A stretch of 64,000 nucleotides of DNA from Desulfovibrio sp. (lineage in GTDB: Bacteria > Desulfobacterota > Desulfovibrionia > Desulfovibrionales > Desulfovibrionaceae): assembly GCA_031553235.1 (NCBI GenBank), contig JAVBLS010000002.1:34375-98374 (forward strand), given 5' to 3'. The position numbers and the translations under genes are program-made. Of the stretch, positions 1 through 9,696 are shown one piece after another. Each line of letters starts with the position of its first letter. The stretch's first letter is position 1. The notes below the pieces were generated by a model. That model was not told where the DNA came from. It searched no databases and saw only the letters and a program-made list of their open reading frames with translations.

Positions 1-109
1 ACTCAAGCTGATCAAGGGCGACGGGCAGGGACTGCTGCTCCTTGATCGCGATCTCGGCGGCCGCGCCTCTCCCTCCGCCGCCGACGCCACTCCGGCCGCA
101 TAGCGGCGC

Positions 110-155
110 AAAGAGAGATGCCTCTTGGCGTCCGCGCCGCGGGGCATCTCTCTTT
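110..155. terminator. 13-bp perfect inverted repeat (AAAGAGAGATGCC ... GGCATCTCTCTTT) just after the stop (tag 101-103) of a partial upstream + strand ORF
   Basis: Inverted repeat 110-122 / 143-155 with a 20-nt GC-rich loop, followed by TTTACTAT. Position is right after a truncated C-terminal ORF (2..103). Confidence 0.4.
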
Positions 156-271
156 ACTATGCAGCCCACCTTTCTTCTCCGGCGAACAGACGAAACACAG
201 AGTCAGGCGGATTAGATGCCGCACAGGATCGGGCTGCGCGGCAGGATGTAACCCGCCGGAAAGATATTCCA

Positions 272-298
272 TTGCGTACTTCTTGTTTCTTGTATAAT
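272..298 (+). promoter_or_regulatory. sigma70-like promoter with extended -10 (TGtTATAAT) upstream of the GGDEF gene
   Basis: Perfect TATAAT at 293-298 preceded by TG at 291-292. The AT-rich context contrasts with the surrounding 65% GC. A weak -35-like ATTGCG/TTGCGT lies about 15-17 nt upstream. Confidence 0.4.
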
Positions 299-348
299 GA
301 AAACGTATCAATTTCACTCTGTCTTTTATTCTTGCGGACGGCCGGTTG

Positions 349-1446
349 ATGGAACGGAAAAACATTGCTCACCCGCATGAATGCCCGGTGTTTTCGGGCT
401 CCTGCCGCTGGTCTCCCAACGACAATTTTTGCGACGTACTGCGCAGGGCCGGTGTTCCTCACAACGGGAAGTGGCCCCCTCTGGTCGTGCACCTGCGCAG
501 TCTGGCCGACGACATCCATCTGAGCGAGGTGCAAAAAGCCGCCATGCAGGAGTTGCTCATAGCGACCCTGCAGCAACGCGACTTTTCTCAGGCCGCCTAC
601 GCCCGAATAGCCGACGAAATCCAGAAGATCCAACGGGCGCCCTTTGATCAGAAGCTGCAGGAAATCATGCGTGAAGCCGAGTCTCTGGCCCATGAGGTCA
701 ACAATATTCTGGGCCGGCACCGCAACGACGTGATCACCGCGGCCCAATCCGTGGACAACGACATCGCCGGTGGCGTCGAGCCGGCCCGCATCCTCTCCGG
801 GCTGCGCGACGCCCTGCGCGGCATGCTGGCCAAAATGGAAGAGGATACTCAGGCTTTAAGCGCGCTGTCGCATCATGACGCCCTGACCGGCCTGACAAAC
901 CGCCGCTTTTTCGACGCCTTTCTGGATGAAACCGTGCATCTCTGGCAAGAGAAGAACGTTCCGGCGGCGCTTTTGATGCTCGACATCGACAATTTCAAGC
1001 GCTTCAACGACAGATTTGGCCATCTGGTGGGCGATCAGGTGTTGATTACCGTGGCCGGGCGCATCGACCGGCAGGTGCAGTCATTGGTCCAAAAAGGCAC
1101 CGAAGCCATAGCCGCGCGTTACGGCGGCGAGGAATTCGCGGTCATCCTGCGTGGCGAGGCTGCAGCCGGGGCAACGGAGTTCGCCGAGCACATGCGCGCC
1201 GTCATTGCCGACACCACCTTGTTGCTGCGCGACGCCAACGATCAGGTTATCTCCCAGGGCATCCGCCTGACCGTAAGCGCGGGTGTGGCCGCCCTGTGGA
1301 AGGGGTGGCGCGGCGCTTTTCAGACCAACCTCATCGACTGCGCCGACAAGGCCCTGTACCATGGGAAACGGGCCGGCAAAAACTGCGTTTTTCTCTATAC
1401 TCCCGAAGGGAAAGCTGCCTACACCCGGGTCACGCCCAAAGCTTAA
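349..1446 (+). CDS. diguanylate cyclase (GGDEF domain protein) with N-terminal domain of unknown function
   Basis: C-terminal half carries canonical GGDEF motifs (LTGLTNRRFFD, LLMLDIDNFKRFNDRFGH, RYGGEEFAVIL, DKALYHGKRAGKNCV). Start is ATG 349 (TTG 346 also possible). Confidence 0.85.
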   Translation: MERKNIAHPHECPVFSGSCRWSPNDNFCDVLRRAGVPHNGKWPPLVVHLRSLADDIHLSEVQKAAMQELLIATLQQRDFSQAAYARIADEIQKIQRAPFDQKLQEIMREAESLAHEVNNILGRHRNDVITAAQSVDNDIAGGVEPARILSGLRDALRGMLAKMEEDTQALSALSHHDALTGLTNRRFFDAFLDETVHLWQEKNVPAALLMLDIDNFKRFNDRFGHLVGDQVLITVAGRIDRQVQSLVQKGTEAIAARYGGEEFAVILRGEAAAGATEFAEHMRAVIADTTLLLRDANDQVISQGIRLTVSAGVAALWKGWRGAFQTNLIDCADKALYHGKRAGKNCVFLYTPEGKAAYTRVTPKA

Positions 1447-1475
1447 GGGGTGTCGGGGTTTCGATCTTTTCACAT

Positions 1476-1506
1476 GAAAAAGGCCTGCTCAGGCAGGCCT
1501 TTTTCG
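1476..1506. terminator. bidirectional rho-independent terminator between convergent genes
   Basis: GAAAAA-AGGCCTGC-tcag-GCAGGCCT-TTTTTCGTT. The 8-bp GC stem is flanked by an A-run on one side and a T-run on the other. Confidence 0.7.
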
Positions 1507-1668
1507 TTCGGGAAAGCTGTCTGGGAAACGCTGATCAACGAGAATTTTGTTCACCGGCAAGGAAGGCGAGTGCCGGGCGAAACGAAGTGTATCAAGACAG
1601 ACATGAGTTTTGCACGGGACGAGTCTGACGCGGCCGGCGGGCAGAAAGGCCATTAATCAACCTTTCCT

Positions 1669-2733
1669 TTACACCCCAAGGGCGCCGCGGATAGTGGCAA
1701 AATCCAGGTTGGTGCTGACAAGCTGCGCGCCCTGGCGAATTTTCATCACGTCGCGCATCTTGTGCCGGCTGAGCAACGCCTCCATCTTTTTGGCCACGGT
1801 GTAGGTGTCGTCCCGGACCATGATGATCGGCACGCCCAGTGTGTCGGCCCGCGACAAAATGATGTCGTTGGGGAACAGGTTGCCGGTGAGCACCAAACAG
1901 GGGCATTCTCCTTCAATGGCCACAAGCTGCACATCGGCCCGGTCGCCGCCCACGATGATGGCGGCGTTTTTCTGCCGGCGGAAATAGGTCATGAAATTTT
2001 CCACTTGCATGGTGCCGATGAGAAAATTTTCCACCATCGAGTCGGCCCGCCCTTGGGCGGCCACCAGCCGGCCGCCCAGGCGCTCGGCCAATTCACGGGC
2101 CCGGATGGCCCCCATCAGGGGATCACGCGGAATGACCCCGAGCACAGGCACATCGTTGCGCTCCAGGAAGGGACGAATGACGCTGGAGATTTCAGTCATG
2201 AAAGCCGGCGGAATATCGTTGAGCACCACACCCAGCAGTTGATCGCCGAGTATTTCCTTCAGGCTGATCAGGGTGTCGTAGTTGACCTCGTGCACCAAGC
2301 GGTCGATGATGATCGCCCTCAAGTCAAGCTCGCGGATGAGCCGGATGCCGTCCAGTCCGCAATATTTGCCGGATAAAAAGTGGCCGGAGCCGCCCACAAG
2401 CATAAGCTCGCGGTCTTTGCCCAACTCTTTGTAGGCGTCGATGATCCCGCCCATGAGATCGCCCACCTGCCCGCTGAAGGCGCGCATACGAAAATCTTGG
2501 GTGACCAGCACCGGCGTGACCAGTTCGGGAGGCTGACGGAGGCCGAGCACCTCCTGCATGAACTGGGCGTCTTCGTCGCCGGGCACACCGTCCTTTTCCG
2601 TGGGCATGACCCCGACCGGCTTCATATAGCCCGGGTTGAGGCCGTCTTTTTGCAAACGCATGCCGATGCCCATGGTGAGCATGTTCTTGCCGGAAAACGG
2701 ACGGGTTGCTCCGATATAAAGCCCTTTAGCCAT
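1669..2733 (-). CDS. DRTGG-domain protein resembling the N-terminal (non-catalytic) module of class-II phosphotransacetylase
   Basis: N-terminal P-loop-like region (MAKGLYIGATRPFSGKN) and a C-terminal DRTGG-like segment (VLTGNLFPNDIILSRADTLGVPIIMVRDDTY). Located immediately downstream of the ADP-forming ACS gene on the same strand. Confidence 0.6.
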   Translation of the reverse strand: MAKGLYIGATRPFSGKNMLTMGIGMRLQKDGLNPGYMKPVGVMPTEKDGVPGDEDAQFMQEVLGLRQPPELVTPVLVTQDFRMRAFSGQVGDLMGGIIDAYKELGKDRELMLVGGSGHFLSGKYCGLDGIRLIRELDLRAIIIDRLVHEVNYDTLISLKEILGDQLLGVVLNDIPPAFMTEISSVIRPFLERNDVPVLGVIPRDPLMGAIRARELAERLGGRLVAAQGRADSMVENFLIGTMQVENFMTYFRRQKNAAIIVGGDRADVQLVAIEGECPCLVLTGNLFPNDIILSRADTLGVPIIMVRDDTYTVAKKMEALLSRHKMRDVMKIRQGAQLVSTNLDFATIRGALGV

Positions 2734-2757
2734 ACAACCTCCTTGCGGCCGACATTA

Positions 2758-4908
2758 TCATTCAGCGGGCGGGAGAGCACCCGCTTCGCCGCATTCTCTT
2801 GTAAGTACAACACGGATATCGGCCACCACCGCGCCGTTTTCGTCGGCCAGCACGGGGTTGCACTCCGCCTCCTGAATTTCCGGAAAATCTACGGCCAACT
2901 GCGACATGATCAGCAGGATGTCTTCCAGGGCGGTGAACTTGACCGCTCCTTGGCCGCGCATGCCGGCCAGAATGGGAAAGGCCCGAATTTCGCGCACCAT
3001 GTCGTGCACATCTTCCAGCGACAAGGGCGCGAGCCGGCAGGAAATATCCTTAAAGGCCTCCACGTGGATACCGCCCAGACCGAAAATGACCATGGGGCCG
3101 AAGCGCGAATCGCGCCGGAACCCGACAATGACCTCTCGCGCCTTGGGCGTGGCCATGGCCTGCACCAGGCACCCGGCCACATACACTCCCTTGCGCAGGC
3201 GCATGGCCCGTCCGGTGATCTCCAGAAAAGCGGCCCGGACCCTTTCCGGTGAATCCAGGTTCAGAACCACGCCGCCCACATCGGTTTTATGCGAGATTTG
3301 CGGCGAAGCGATTTTCAGGGCCACGGGCAGGCCGATCTGCTTGGCCGCGTGCACGGCCTCATCGCTGGTGCGAGCCAGACGCGACTCAAGCACCGGCATC
3401 TCGTAGGCCTTAAGCAGATCCAGGGCCTGGAACTCCACCAGTTCCAAGGTTCCGGAAGCGCGGGCCGTTTCGATAATTTTAGCCGCCTTACGCCGATCCC
3501 GGCGGTAGTTGACCTCCACCGGCATAGGGTTGTCTTTCCAGCGGCTCTGCCGATACATGGCCGCAATGACCTCCACGGCCGGCTCAGGAAAATCGTAGCA
3601 GGGGATGCCCGCGTCGATAAAAGTCTGCCGCCCGGCCTCCACCCCGTCGCCACCCATGAGGCAGGCGAACACCGGCTTCTCGCTCCCGGCCGTGACCTCG
3701 GCCACCCGGCGGGCGATCTCGTCCACCCCGGTGCGGGCAGTGGGAGCGGCAAGCACCAGCACCGAATGCACGGCCGGGTCTTGCATGACCACCTCGACGG
3801 CCCGGCCCACCACCTCGGCCCTGGCGTCGCCGACCACATCCACCGGATTGTAGACCGAGGCGAAGGTAGGCAAAAATTCCTTCAGGGCCCGGGTGGTCTG
3901 GGCACTCAGACGGGCCATGGTCAGGCCGGCCTCGGCACAGGCGTCCGTGGCGATGATGCCCGGGCCGCCCGCGTTGGTGACCACCGCCACTCCCGGTCCT
4001 TTGGGCAAGGGGCGGGCGGCAAAGGCCTTGGCCAGATCGAAAAGATCTTCCATGAGTCTGGCCCGGATGATCCCGGTCTGCTTGAAGGCGGCCTCATAGG
4101 CCATATCAGCCCCGGCCAGGGCACCGGTGTGCGACGAAGCGGCCAGGGCACCGGCGGCCGTGCGCCCGGCCTTGTAAAGGATCACCGGCTTTTTGCGGGT
4201 GGCGATATGGGCGTTGCGCAAGAAACGCGGCCCGCACTCCACGCTTTCCAGGTAGCCCACAATGACCTTGGTCTCGGGGTCGTCGGCCAGGTGGGCCAGC
4301 ACATCGGCCTCGTCGACCACGGCCTTGTTGCCCAGGCTGACAAAAGAGGAGAAGCCGATGTTCTGCCGGCGGGCCCAGTCGAAAATGGACACGCACAAGG
4401 CCCCGGACTGGGAAAAAAAGCCGATATTGCCGGGCAGGGGGTCGCCGGCGGCAAAAGTGACGTTGACCTTGCCGGCGGCATGCACCAGCCCCAGGCAGTT
4501 GGGACCGAGCAGGGCGATATTGTGCCTGCTCGCCAAATTTTTGACTTCCTCTTCCAGTTCCACACCGCTGCCGCCGGTTTCCTTGAAGCCGGCGCTGATC
4601 ACCACGGCCGAGCGCACCGGCAGTTCGGCCAGTTGCTCCAGGGCCATGGGCACAGCCTCGGCAGGCAGACAGAGTACGGCCATGTCCAGGGGACGGCTTT
4701 CGGGAGGAATATCGCCGATCTTGCGCAGGGCCGGCAGACCAAGTATGCTCCCACCGCTTGGATTGATGGGATGCACCACCCCATCGTAGCCCGCGTGCAG
4801 CAGGTTTGCCAAAATAATATTGCCTATTTTCCCGGGTGATTGCGATGCGCCTACCACGGCAATGGAGCGGGGCGAGAACAGCGAGGTAATATGGGCATGA
4901 AGAGACAT
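2758..4908 (-). CDS. acetate--CoA ligase (ADP-forming), fused alpha/beta subunits (CoA-binding + ATP-grasp)
   Basis: N-terminus [30 protein letters not shown] is a CoA-binding fold, followed by succinyl-CoA-synthetase-like and ATP-grasp regions. The ORF-track start at 5115 was trimmed to Met70 (4908) because the first 69 codons overlap rnc. Confidence 0.75.
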   Translation of the reverse strand: MSLHAHITSLFSPRSIAVVGASQSPGKIGNIILANLLHAGYDGVVHPINPSGGSILGLPALRKIGDIPPESRPLDMAVLCLPAEAVPMALEQLAELPVRSAVVISAGFKETGGSGVELEEEVKNLASRHNIALLGPNCLGLVHAAGKVNVTFAAGDPLPGNIGFFSQSGALCVSIFDWARRQNIGFSSFVSLGNKAVVDEADVLAHLADDPETKVIVGYLESVECGPRFLRNAHIATRKKPVILYKAGRTAAGALAASSHTGALAGADMAYEAAFKQTGIIRARLMEDLFDLAKAFAARPLPKGPGVAVVTNAGGPGIIATDACAEAGLTMARLSAQTTRALKEFLPTFASVYNPVDVVGDARAEVVGRAVEVVMQDPAVHSVLVLAAPTARTGVDEIARRVAEVTAGSEKPVFACLMGGDGVEAGRQTFIDAGIPCYDFPEPAVEVIAAMYRQSRWKDNPMPVEVNYRRDRRKAAKIIETARASGTLELVEFQALDLLKAYEMPVLESRLARTSDEAVHAAKQIGLPVALKIASPQISHKTDVGGVVLNLDSPERVRAAFLEITGRAMRLRKGVYVAGCLVQAMATPKAREVIVGFRRDSRFGPMVIFGLGGIHVEAFKDISCRLAPLSLEDVHDMVREIRAFPILAGMRGQGAVKFTALEDILLIMSQLAVDFPEIQEAECNPVLADENGAVVADIRVVLTRECGEAGALPPAE

Positions 4909-5613
4909 AGTGTTCCCGGTACTGAAAGAGAAAATGCGCTTGTGCAACTGCAGAGAGGTATCCCCTATGATTTCGGCCAAGTCAAGCTGCTGGAAACGGC
5001 CTTGACCCACAGCTCCTTCGTCAACGAAAACACCGATGAAAGGGATCATAACGAAAGGCTTGAATTTCTTGGGGACGCTGTATTGGAAATCTGCGTGTCG
5101 GACGAACTTTTCCAACGTTTTCCCGATGCCCGGGAAGGAACGCTCACGGCCATGCGCTCACGCCTGGTCAACCAGGAGCACCTGGCCGAACTGGCCCGGC
5201 ACCTCGGCCTGGACAACTGTCTGTTGCTGGGGAAAGGAGAAGAAGGCCAGGGCGGGAGAAGCCGCGCCTCTATTCTGAGCGACACCTTTGAAGCCCTGCT
5301 GGGGGCGGTGTTTCTGGACGGCGGTTTTGAGGCCGCGCGGGCGGCCGTGCGGGCCTTGTTCGCCGGCCACTGGGAAAAGGCCGAGCCGCGCCCCAAGGGC
5401 AGGGACAACAAAAGCCTGCTGCAGGAGGTCACGCAACGCCTGTTCAAAGCCCAGCCGTTGTATACGCTGGTGGGCTCCGGCGGGCCGGAACACGCCAAAG
5501 AGTTCACCGTGCAGCTGGAGTTGCCGGACGGCAAAAGCTTCACCGCCACAGGCAGCAGCATCAAGCGGGCGGAACAGACCGCCGCCCTTGCCGCCCTGCA
5601 ACAGTATAGCTAA
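4891..5613 (+). CDS. rnc: ribonuclease III
   Basis: Signature [12 protein letters not shown] and a C-terminal dsRBD. Start chosen at ATG 4891 (GAGGT SD upstream); the N-terminus [26 protein letters not shown] matches RNase III. Confidence 0.85.
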   Translation: MGMKRHSVPGTERENALVQLQRGIPYDFGQVKLLETALTHSSFVNENTDERDHNERLEFLGDAVLEICVSDELFQRFPDAREGTLTAMRSRLVNQEHLAELARHLGLDNCLLLGKGEEGQGGRSRASILSDTFEALLGAVFLDGGFEAARAAVRALFAGHWEKAEPRPKGRDNKSLLQEVTQRLFKAQPLYTLVGSGGPEHAKEFTVQLELPDGKSFTATGSSIKRAEQTAALAALQQYS

Positions 5614-5896
5614 AATTCTTCAACGCAACGTCGGCGGCGACTTCGCGTTGTAGAAAACCCGTCGCCTTTCCACAAGCCGACAAGCCTGTGGGCCACTTGA
5701 TTTACACGCGCCCCATGGGCGAATCCTCCCGGCGCGGCCCCCAAAGGCCTGCCCGGCTCTCATGGCGACGCGATCGCCTGGAGCAAAACAACTTTATACA
5801 ATTGCTCCGATGTGTTCTGTTCGGCACGTTTCGAATGTGAGTCGAACCGGCGCGGTGGTGCCGAGGAACATGACGCTGCTGCGGGGCCTGGAAGAA

Positions 5897-5924
5897 CCCG
5901 GGAAGGGGAAGATCCCCTTCCCGG
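5897..5924. terminator. bidirectional terminator hairpin downstream of flagellin (and of rnc)
   Basis: CCCGGGAAGGGG-aagat-CCCCTTCCCGG is a perfect 11-bp stem, with T-rich flanks on both strands (TTGTCTTT on +, TTCTTCC on -). Confidence 0.65.
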
Positions 5925-5963
5925 TTGTCTTTGGTCCGCCTCAGCCGAGTGTCAATCCGTCAT

Positions 5964-6857
5964 TTAGCCCTGAATGAGCTGCAGGGCCATCTTCGGCAGG
6001 GAGTTGGCCTGCGAGAGCATGGCCACGGCCGATTGCGAGAGCACCTGGTTACGGACGAACTCGGTCATTTCCGTGGCCACATCCACGTCGGAGATGCGCG
6101 ATTCCGCGGCCTGCAGGTTTTCCGCCTGGGTCTGCAGGTTGCTGATGGTGTTTTCCAGCCGGTTCTGCATGGCGCCCAGATGCGCGCGGATCTTGTCCTT
6201 GGAGATGATCGCCGCGTTCAGGGCGTCAAGGGCACTCTGCGCCGCGCCTTGGGTCGAGATGGTGTAGCCGGCCTTGCCCACCGTGGCCTGGTTGCCGACG
6301 CCGAGGGCCGAGGCCGTGGCGTTGCCGATGGTAATGTAGTAGTAGTCTTCGGCCGAGTCGTTGCCGGTGCCGAAGTGGATCTTCAGCTTGCCGGTAGCCT
6401 TCAGCCCGGTTCCGTCGTGCACCGAGCTCGACAGGCTGCCGTTGAGCAGATACACGCCGTTAAAGTCCGTGGCGTTGGCAATCCGGGTAATTTCCGAAGC
6501 CATGGCCTGGTACTCGGATTCGATCATCAGACGCTGATCCGAGTTGTAGGTGCCGGTTGCGGCTTGCTCGGCCAATTCCTTCATCCGGATGAGTTTTTCG
6601 TCGATGACGCCCAAGGCGCCGTCGGCGGTCTGGATGAGAGAGATGGCATCATTGGCGTTGCGCACGCCCTGGTTGAGGGTGGCGATATCCGCCCGCATGA
6701 GCTCGCGAATGGCCAGGCCGGCCGCGTCGTCGGCCGCCGTGCCCACGCGCAGGCCCGAAGAAAGCCGGCGGGTTGAGGTTGCGAGTCTGTCGTAACTGAC
6801 ACCCAGGTTCCTGGCCGCGTTCATGGCCATCAGGTTGTGGTTTATGACCAAAGACAT
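5964..6857 (-). CDS. fliC: flagellin
   Basis: Conserved flagellin N-terminus (MSLVINHNLMAMNAARNLG...LSSGLRV) and C-terminus (LSQANSLPKMALQLIQG). GGAGG SD immediately upstream. Confidence 0.9.
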   Translation of the reverse strand: MSLVINHNLMAMNAARNLGVSYDRLATSTRRLSSGLRVGTAADDAAGLAIRELMRADIATLNQGVRNANDAISLIQTADGALGVIDEKLIRMKELAEQAATGTYNSDQRLMIESEYQAMASEITRIANATDFNGVYLLNGSLSSSVHDGTGLKATGKLKIHFGTGNDSAEDYYYITIGNATASALGVGNQATVGKAGYTISTQGAAQSALDALNAAIISKDKIRAHLGAMQNRLENTISNLQTQAENLQAAESRISDVDVATEMTEFVRNQVLSQSAVAMLSQANSLPKMALQLIQG

Positions 6858-6895
6858 GGTTCTTTCCTCCTTGGAAAGGTTTGGTGTCCTTTCTA

Positions 6896-6912
6896 AGCAA
6901 TATGGGTGCCAA
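6896..6912 (-). promoter_or_regulatory. sigma54 (-24/-12) promoter for flagellin
   Basis: Minus strand reads TGGCACccataTTGCt, an exact fit to TGGCAC-N5-TTGCW, about 40 nt upstream of the flagellin ATG. An AT-rich tract (6930-6960) lies further upstream. Confidence 0.65.
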
Positions 6913-7161
6913 AACTTTTTTACCGTGAAAATACATCATATTAAAAAATATCTAGACTTTGTGAAGCCCGGAAAATCACAGTGGAGGCAAATTTTTCCGT
7001 TTTTTTGACGGCCCTGTTGGGCGCGCGGGGGAGGGGGATTTTTTTGCCGGGCGGAACGCGGCGTAGTAGAGACGATCCTTGACGACCGACCCTTGGCGCG
7101 GCATATCGAGAGCGGCGCGGCTAACCTCGGCATGCCGCGCGCAGCACTTTTCGGAGGCATC

Positions 7162-7827
7162 ATGGGTGCGGCCGTGGTTTGCGAAAATGTTTCCTTTGCC
7201 TATAAAAACGGCGGGCGGGCCTTGTCCGGCATCGAGCTGAACTGTCCCCAAGGAAGCTGTTCCCTGCTCGTCGGGCCTTCGGGCGCGGGCAAATCCACCC
7301 TGTTTCGCCTGCTGGTGCGCCTGGAAGAACCCGATTCCGGCCGCATCCTCTTTCAGGGCAAACCCCTGTCCGACTATTCCCCCATGCTGCTGCGCCGTCA
7401 GGTCATGCTCCTGCCCCAGGTGCCCGCCCTGTTTCCCGGCACGGTGCGCGAAACCCTGCTGCTGCCCTGGAGTTTCGCATCAAGCGCCGCAACGCCCCGG
7501 CCGGACGATGCCCTGCTGCGCTTCTGGCTTGAGCGTCTGAGACTGGAGGAAATTGCCCTTGAAGAAAAAGCCGCCGAACTCAGTGTGGGGCAGCAGCAAC
7601 GACTCTGCCTGATTCGCTGTCTGCTCCTCGACCCGGCCGTGCTGCTTTTGGATGAGCCCACCAGCGCCCTGGACGCCGAAAGCCGGCAACTGGTGCTCAA
7701 TACCGTGGCCGACCGCCACCTGCACCACGGCATGACCATGATCCAAATCGATCACTCCGGTTATGTGCCGCCCTTTGCCCACCTCGTCTGGCATATGAGC
7801 GCCGGAACCCTGGGGCGTGCCGAATGA
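7162..7827 (+). CDS. ABC transporter ATP-binding protein, FetA/YbbL-like
   Basis: Walker A GPSGAGKST, signature LSVGQQQRL and Walker B LLLDEPTSALD. Start trimmed to Met24 (GGAGG SD at 7153). Confidence 0.7.
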   Translation: MGAAVVCENVSFAYKNGGRALSGIELNCPQGSCSLLVGPSGAGKSTLFRLLVRLEEPDSGRILFQGKPLSDYSPMLLRRQVMLLPQVPALFPGTVRETLLLPWSFASSAATPRPDDALLRFWLERLRLEEIALEEKAAELSVGQQQRLCLIRCLLLDPAVLLLDEPTSALDAESRQLVLNTVADRHLHHGMTMIQIDHSGYVPPFAHLVWHMSAGTLGRAE

Positions 7828-8666
7828 GCGCCGGCAAAACCCTGCTCGACTCTCTGGCCGTTGCCGGCCAAGGCGGGGGCGGCATGGCCGCTTACACCCA
7901 TTTGGAATATTGGCAGATACTCGCGGCCGCCTGCTTTGTGCTCGTGGCCGGGGCCTTTTCGCTGATCTACCGCCTGCGCCTTGAGCGCGATTTGGCCCTG
8001 GGCGCCCTGCTGGCCTTCATCCAGCTTTCCCTTATGGGCTACCTGCTCACGGCCATCTTTGCCCTCGACTCTCTCTGGGTGGTGCTCGCCATGTACACAG
8101 CCACGGCCTTTTTCGCCACCCGCCTGGCCCGGCGCAAGGTCACCACCAAAGGCGTGCCCATCACCCTGCCCACCTTTCTGGCCATGGCCACGACCTGCTT
8201 CTTTCTCACTTCCCTGGTCTCCGGGGTGATCATGCCCGCCCATCCCTGGTGGGAGCCTCGCTACTTCATCCCCGTGGGCGGCATGATTGCCGGCAACTCC
8301 ATGAATGCCCTGTCCATCGCCCTTGAGCGCTTCTTTTCCGAACTGCGCCTCCGTCGGAGCGAAGTTGAAGCCTCCCTCTGCCTGGGCGCCTCCCCGGCCG
8401 AAGCCTCGCGCGAAATGTTCCGCGTCGCCCTGCGCGCCGGTATGATCAACGCCGTCAACGCCCTCATGGGCGCCGGCCTGGTCTCCCTGCCCGGCATGAT
8501 GACCGGCCAGATCCTCGCCGGCGTGCCGCCCGTCCAGGCCGTGCGCTACCAAATTGTGATCATGCTCATCCTCACCGCCGCCGCCGCCCTCAGCTCCTTC
8601 GCCGCCCTTACCCTGGTCCGCCGGCGCTGCTTCACCCCCGGGGCGTCCCTCGTCCGCCTCGGCTGA
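7824..8666 (+). CDS. ABC transporter permease, FetB/YbbM (UPF0014) family
   Basis: Polytopic membrane protein of ~280 aa. Start overlaps the upstream ATPase stop (ATGA). Typical YbbM-like length and hydrophobic profile. Confidence 0.55.
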   Translation: MSAGKTLLDSLAVAGQGGGGMAAYTHLEYWQILAAACFVLVAGAFSLIYRLRLERDLALGALLAFIQLSLMGYLLTAIFALDSLWVVLAMYTATAFFATRLARRKVTTKGVPITLPTFLAMATTCFFLTSLVSGVIMPAHPWWEPRYFIPVGGMIAGNSMNALSIALERFFSELRLRRSEVEASLCLGASPAEASREMFRVALRAGMINAVNALMGAGLVSLPGMMTGQILAGVPPVQAVRYQIVIMLILTAAAALSSFAALTLVRRRCFTPGASLVRLG

Positions 8667-8681
8667 TTTTGAAAAAGTATG

Positions 8682-8723
8682 GGGGAATTCAGTTCCCCCA
8701 GGCGGGGTTTGGGGCGGCAGCCC
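8682..8723. terminator. tandem hairpins forming a bidirectional terminator between convergent genes
   Basis: GGGGGAA-ttcag-TTCCCCC and GGGGC-ggca-GCCCC followed by AATTCTTTATT. An A/T-run is present on both sides. Confidence 0.55.
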
Positions 8724-8733
8724 CAATTCTTTA

Positions 8734-9696
8734 TTAAAAAAGCCAGGACAGGGCGAAAGCCATGGCCCAGAGGGCGCCGGCGGCCAGGAGCCCGGCAGTG
8801 CGCAGCAGATCGATGAGCGCGGAGATGCGGGCGCCGGTCCAGGGAATATCGGGCGGCCCGAGGCGGGGTTTGTCTTTGATGCCGTCTTCGTAAGGGGTGG
8901 GGCCGCCCATGGTGCCGCCGATCATCCAGGCGGCCGCGGCCATGGGCAGGCCGGAGTTGGGGCTTTCCATAAACGCGGCCTGGCGGCGGATTGTGGCCAG
9001 AGTGGGCTTGGGCACGCCCGGGAAAAGCAGACGCCCGGCCAGACCAAGGAAAAATACGCACAAGCGGGCCGGGACAAAGGCCAGAACATCGTCAAAGCGG
9101 GCGCCGAAACGGCCGAGCAGAAGCCACTTGGGGGTCTTGTACCCCCACATGGAATCGACGGTGCTCACGGCCTTGCACAGCCACAGACCGGCCGGGCCCA
9201 AAAGGACCAGCCAGAAAAACGGGGCCACAAAGCCGTCGTTGAAGTTCTCGCTCAGGGATTCGGCCAGGCTGCGGCGCAGATCGGCCCGCTCCATGGTCGC
9301 GGTTTGGCGCGAGACGAGCATGCCCACGGCCCGGCGGGCCTCGTCAAGACCGGCGGTTTCGACGAGATTCAGGGCCTTGCGGCCCTCGCGCAAAAGCGAG
9401 CCCAAGGCCAGACCGGTCCAGGCCAGGTAGAGGCCGGCCACGAAACCCAGGCCATAAGGCAGACTGAGCACGGCAAGGCTGATGCCGACACTCACGGCGC
9501 ACAGACAAAGTACGGCCAGAACGCCGCCAAGCAGATCTCTGCCCAGACGCCGAGCCGGAGCCTCGAGGAAACCCAGCAACCGGCCAAGGCCGCACACCGG
9601 GTGGGGCAGAAAGGCCGGGTCGCCAAAAGCAAGATCCAGGACAAGGGCCAGAGGCGGCAGCCACCACCAGGAACCGGGAATGACGTCAAAGAGCAT
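8734..9696 (-). CDS. cbiB: adenosylcobinamide-phosphate synthase CbiB/CobD
   Basis: N-terminal motif DPAFLPHPVCGLGRLLGFLE matches the CobD/CbiB family. Polytopic membrane protein of ~320 aa. Confidence 0.6.
   Translation of the reverse strand: MLFDVIPGSWWWLPPLALVLDLAFGDPAFLPHPVCGLGRLLGFLEAPARRLGRDLLGGVLAVLCLCAVSVGISLAVLSLPYGLGFVAGLYLAWTGLALGSLLREGRKALNLVETAGLDEARRAVGMLVSRQTATMERADLRRSLAESLSENFNDGFVAPFFWLVLLGPAGLWLCKAVSTVDSMWGYKTPKWLLLGRFGARFDDVLAFVPARLCVFFLGLAGRLLFPGVPKPTLATIRRQAAFMESPNSGLPMAAAAWMIGGTMGGPTPYEDGIKDKPRLGPPDIPWTGARISALIDLLRTAGLLAAGALWAMAFALSWLF

Noticed and set aside
3289-4839. 516-aa ORF on the + strand
   Set aside because: It lies entirely antisense to the ACS gene. Its composition is Gly/His/Arg/Ala-rich low complexity typical of the wrong frame in high-GC DNA, with no recognisable motifs.
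5780-5885. Possible tRNA or tRNA-like element (GTTCGAATGTGAGTCGAAC T-arm-like hairpin; GGAGCAA...TTGCTCC stem)
   Set aside because: It cannot be folded into a cloverleaf. The T-loop has an extra residue, and there are no acceptor, D or anticodon arms. Probably just terminator or structured intergenic sequence.
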